42,177 bases of DNA from an uncultured Candidatus Peribacteria bacterium. GTDB lineage: Bacteria; Patescibacteriota; Gracilibacteria; Peribacterales; Peribacteraceae. How positions within the stretch are numbered: position 1 is the stretch's first letter; each line of letters starts with the position of its first letter. The notes under the pieces were generated by a model, which was not told the DNA's origin, made no database searches, and saw only the letters and a list, made by a program, of their open reading frames with translations. The translations under genes were made by a program, and so were the position numbers. Location of the stretch: positions 1-42,177 of the forward strand of contig CAZQCB010000001.1 in assembly GCA_964592265.1 (NCBI GenBank), written 5' to 3'. This document shows positions 42,108 through 42,177 of the stretch, in pieces.

Positions 42108-42177
42108 ATGAAAGGCATCCTCATCTGCGGCGGAAAAGGAACTCGTCTCCTCCCCCTCACAAAGTCGACCCATAAGA
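42108..42177 (+). CDS. sugar-1-phosphate nucleotidyltransferase, 5' end only (RmlA-like by context)
   Basis: MKGILICGGKGTRLLPLTKSTHK carries the GGxGTRLxPLT signature. The gene is divergent from rfbB and is truncated by the window end. Confidence 0.7.
   Translation, partial: MKGILICGGKGTRLLPLTKSTHK

Noticed and set aside
1-42177. Search for transposases, integrases, tRNA/rRNA genes, toxin-antitoxin pairs or known defence genes
   Set aside because: No ORF showed DDE/HUH/tyrosine-recombinase strings, and no cloverleaf-like or rRNA-like segment was apparent in the short intergenic regions. The NYN protein is solitary, with no partner gene.

Overview
This is a 42.2-kb, very gene-dense bacterial window. 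I annotate about 40 CDSs in 17 alternately oriented blocks, with many 4-8 nt start/stop overlaps and abutting or overlapping convergent stops. G+C is moderately high, with a few A+T-rich patches.

Almost every gene belongs to nucleotide-sugar tailoring or glycan assembly:
- Four DegT-fold enzymes: three aminotransferases with the Schiff-base Lys and one ColD/E1-type with His.
- Three extended SDRs: one GDP-mannose 3,5-epimerase-like, one atypical without YxxxK, and RmlB. The first codons of an RmlA-like nucleotidyltransferase are also present.
- WecB, a Zn-MDR dehydrogenase and a Gfo/Idh/MocA oxidoreductase.
- Five SAM methyltransferases.
- NeuD/PglD-type, GNAT and FemAB-like acyltransferases.
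- An ATP-grasp ligase, a HAD phosphatase and a PhyH-type dioxygenase.
- Nine cytoplasmic glycosyltransferase genes: five GT-B/GT4 genes (one a two-module fusion), three GT2 (two of them polyprenyl-phosphate sugar synthase types) and one STELLO/DUF288-like.
- One PMT/ArnT-like GT-C, three paralogous polytopic membrane proteins that look like further GT-C-type transferases, and one MsbA/PglK-like ABC exporter.

I saw no Wzx/Wzy/Wzz, no initiating phosphoglycosyltransferase, no transposase or integrase, no tRNA/rRNA and no CRISPR array.

Four things are not explained by the gene list:
1. A family of GAAWWNN heptamer-periodic, partly palindromic repeats. They are embedded in-frame in two GT4 genes (possibly also rmlB) and form a 4+4 inverted array between the divergent rmlB/rmlA-like promoters.
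2. An identical 24-nt perfect palindrome at two distant sites.
3. An A+T-rich NYN-domain gene bracketed by about 57-bp direct repeats.
4. A fixed TAnnnT-N6-9-start geometry without Shine-Dalgarno motifs. This implies leaderless transcripts and promoters buried in neighbouring divergent genes.

The source organism cannot be determined. The compactness would fit a streamlined uncultivated bacterium, but that is inference only. All family assignments come from reading motifs by eye, not from searches.
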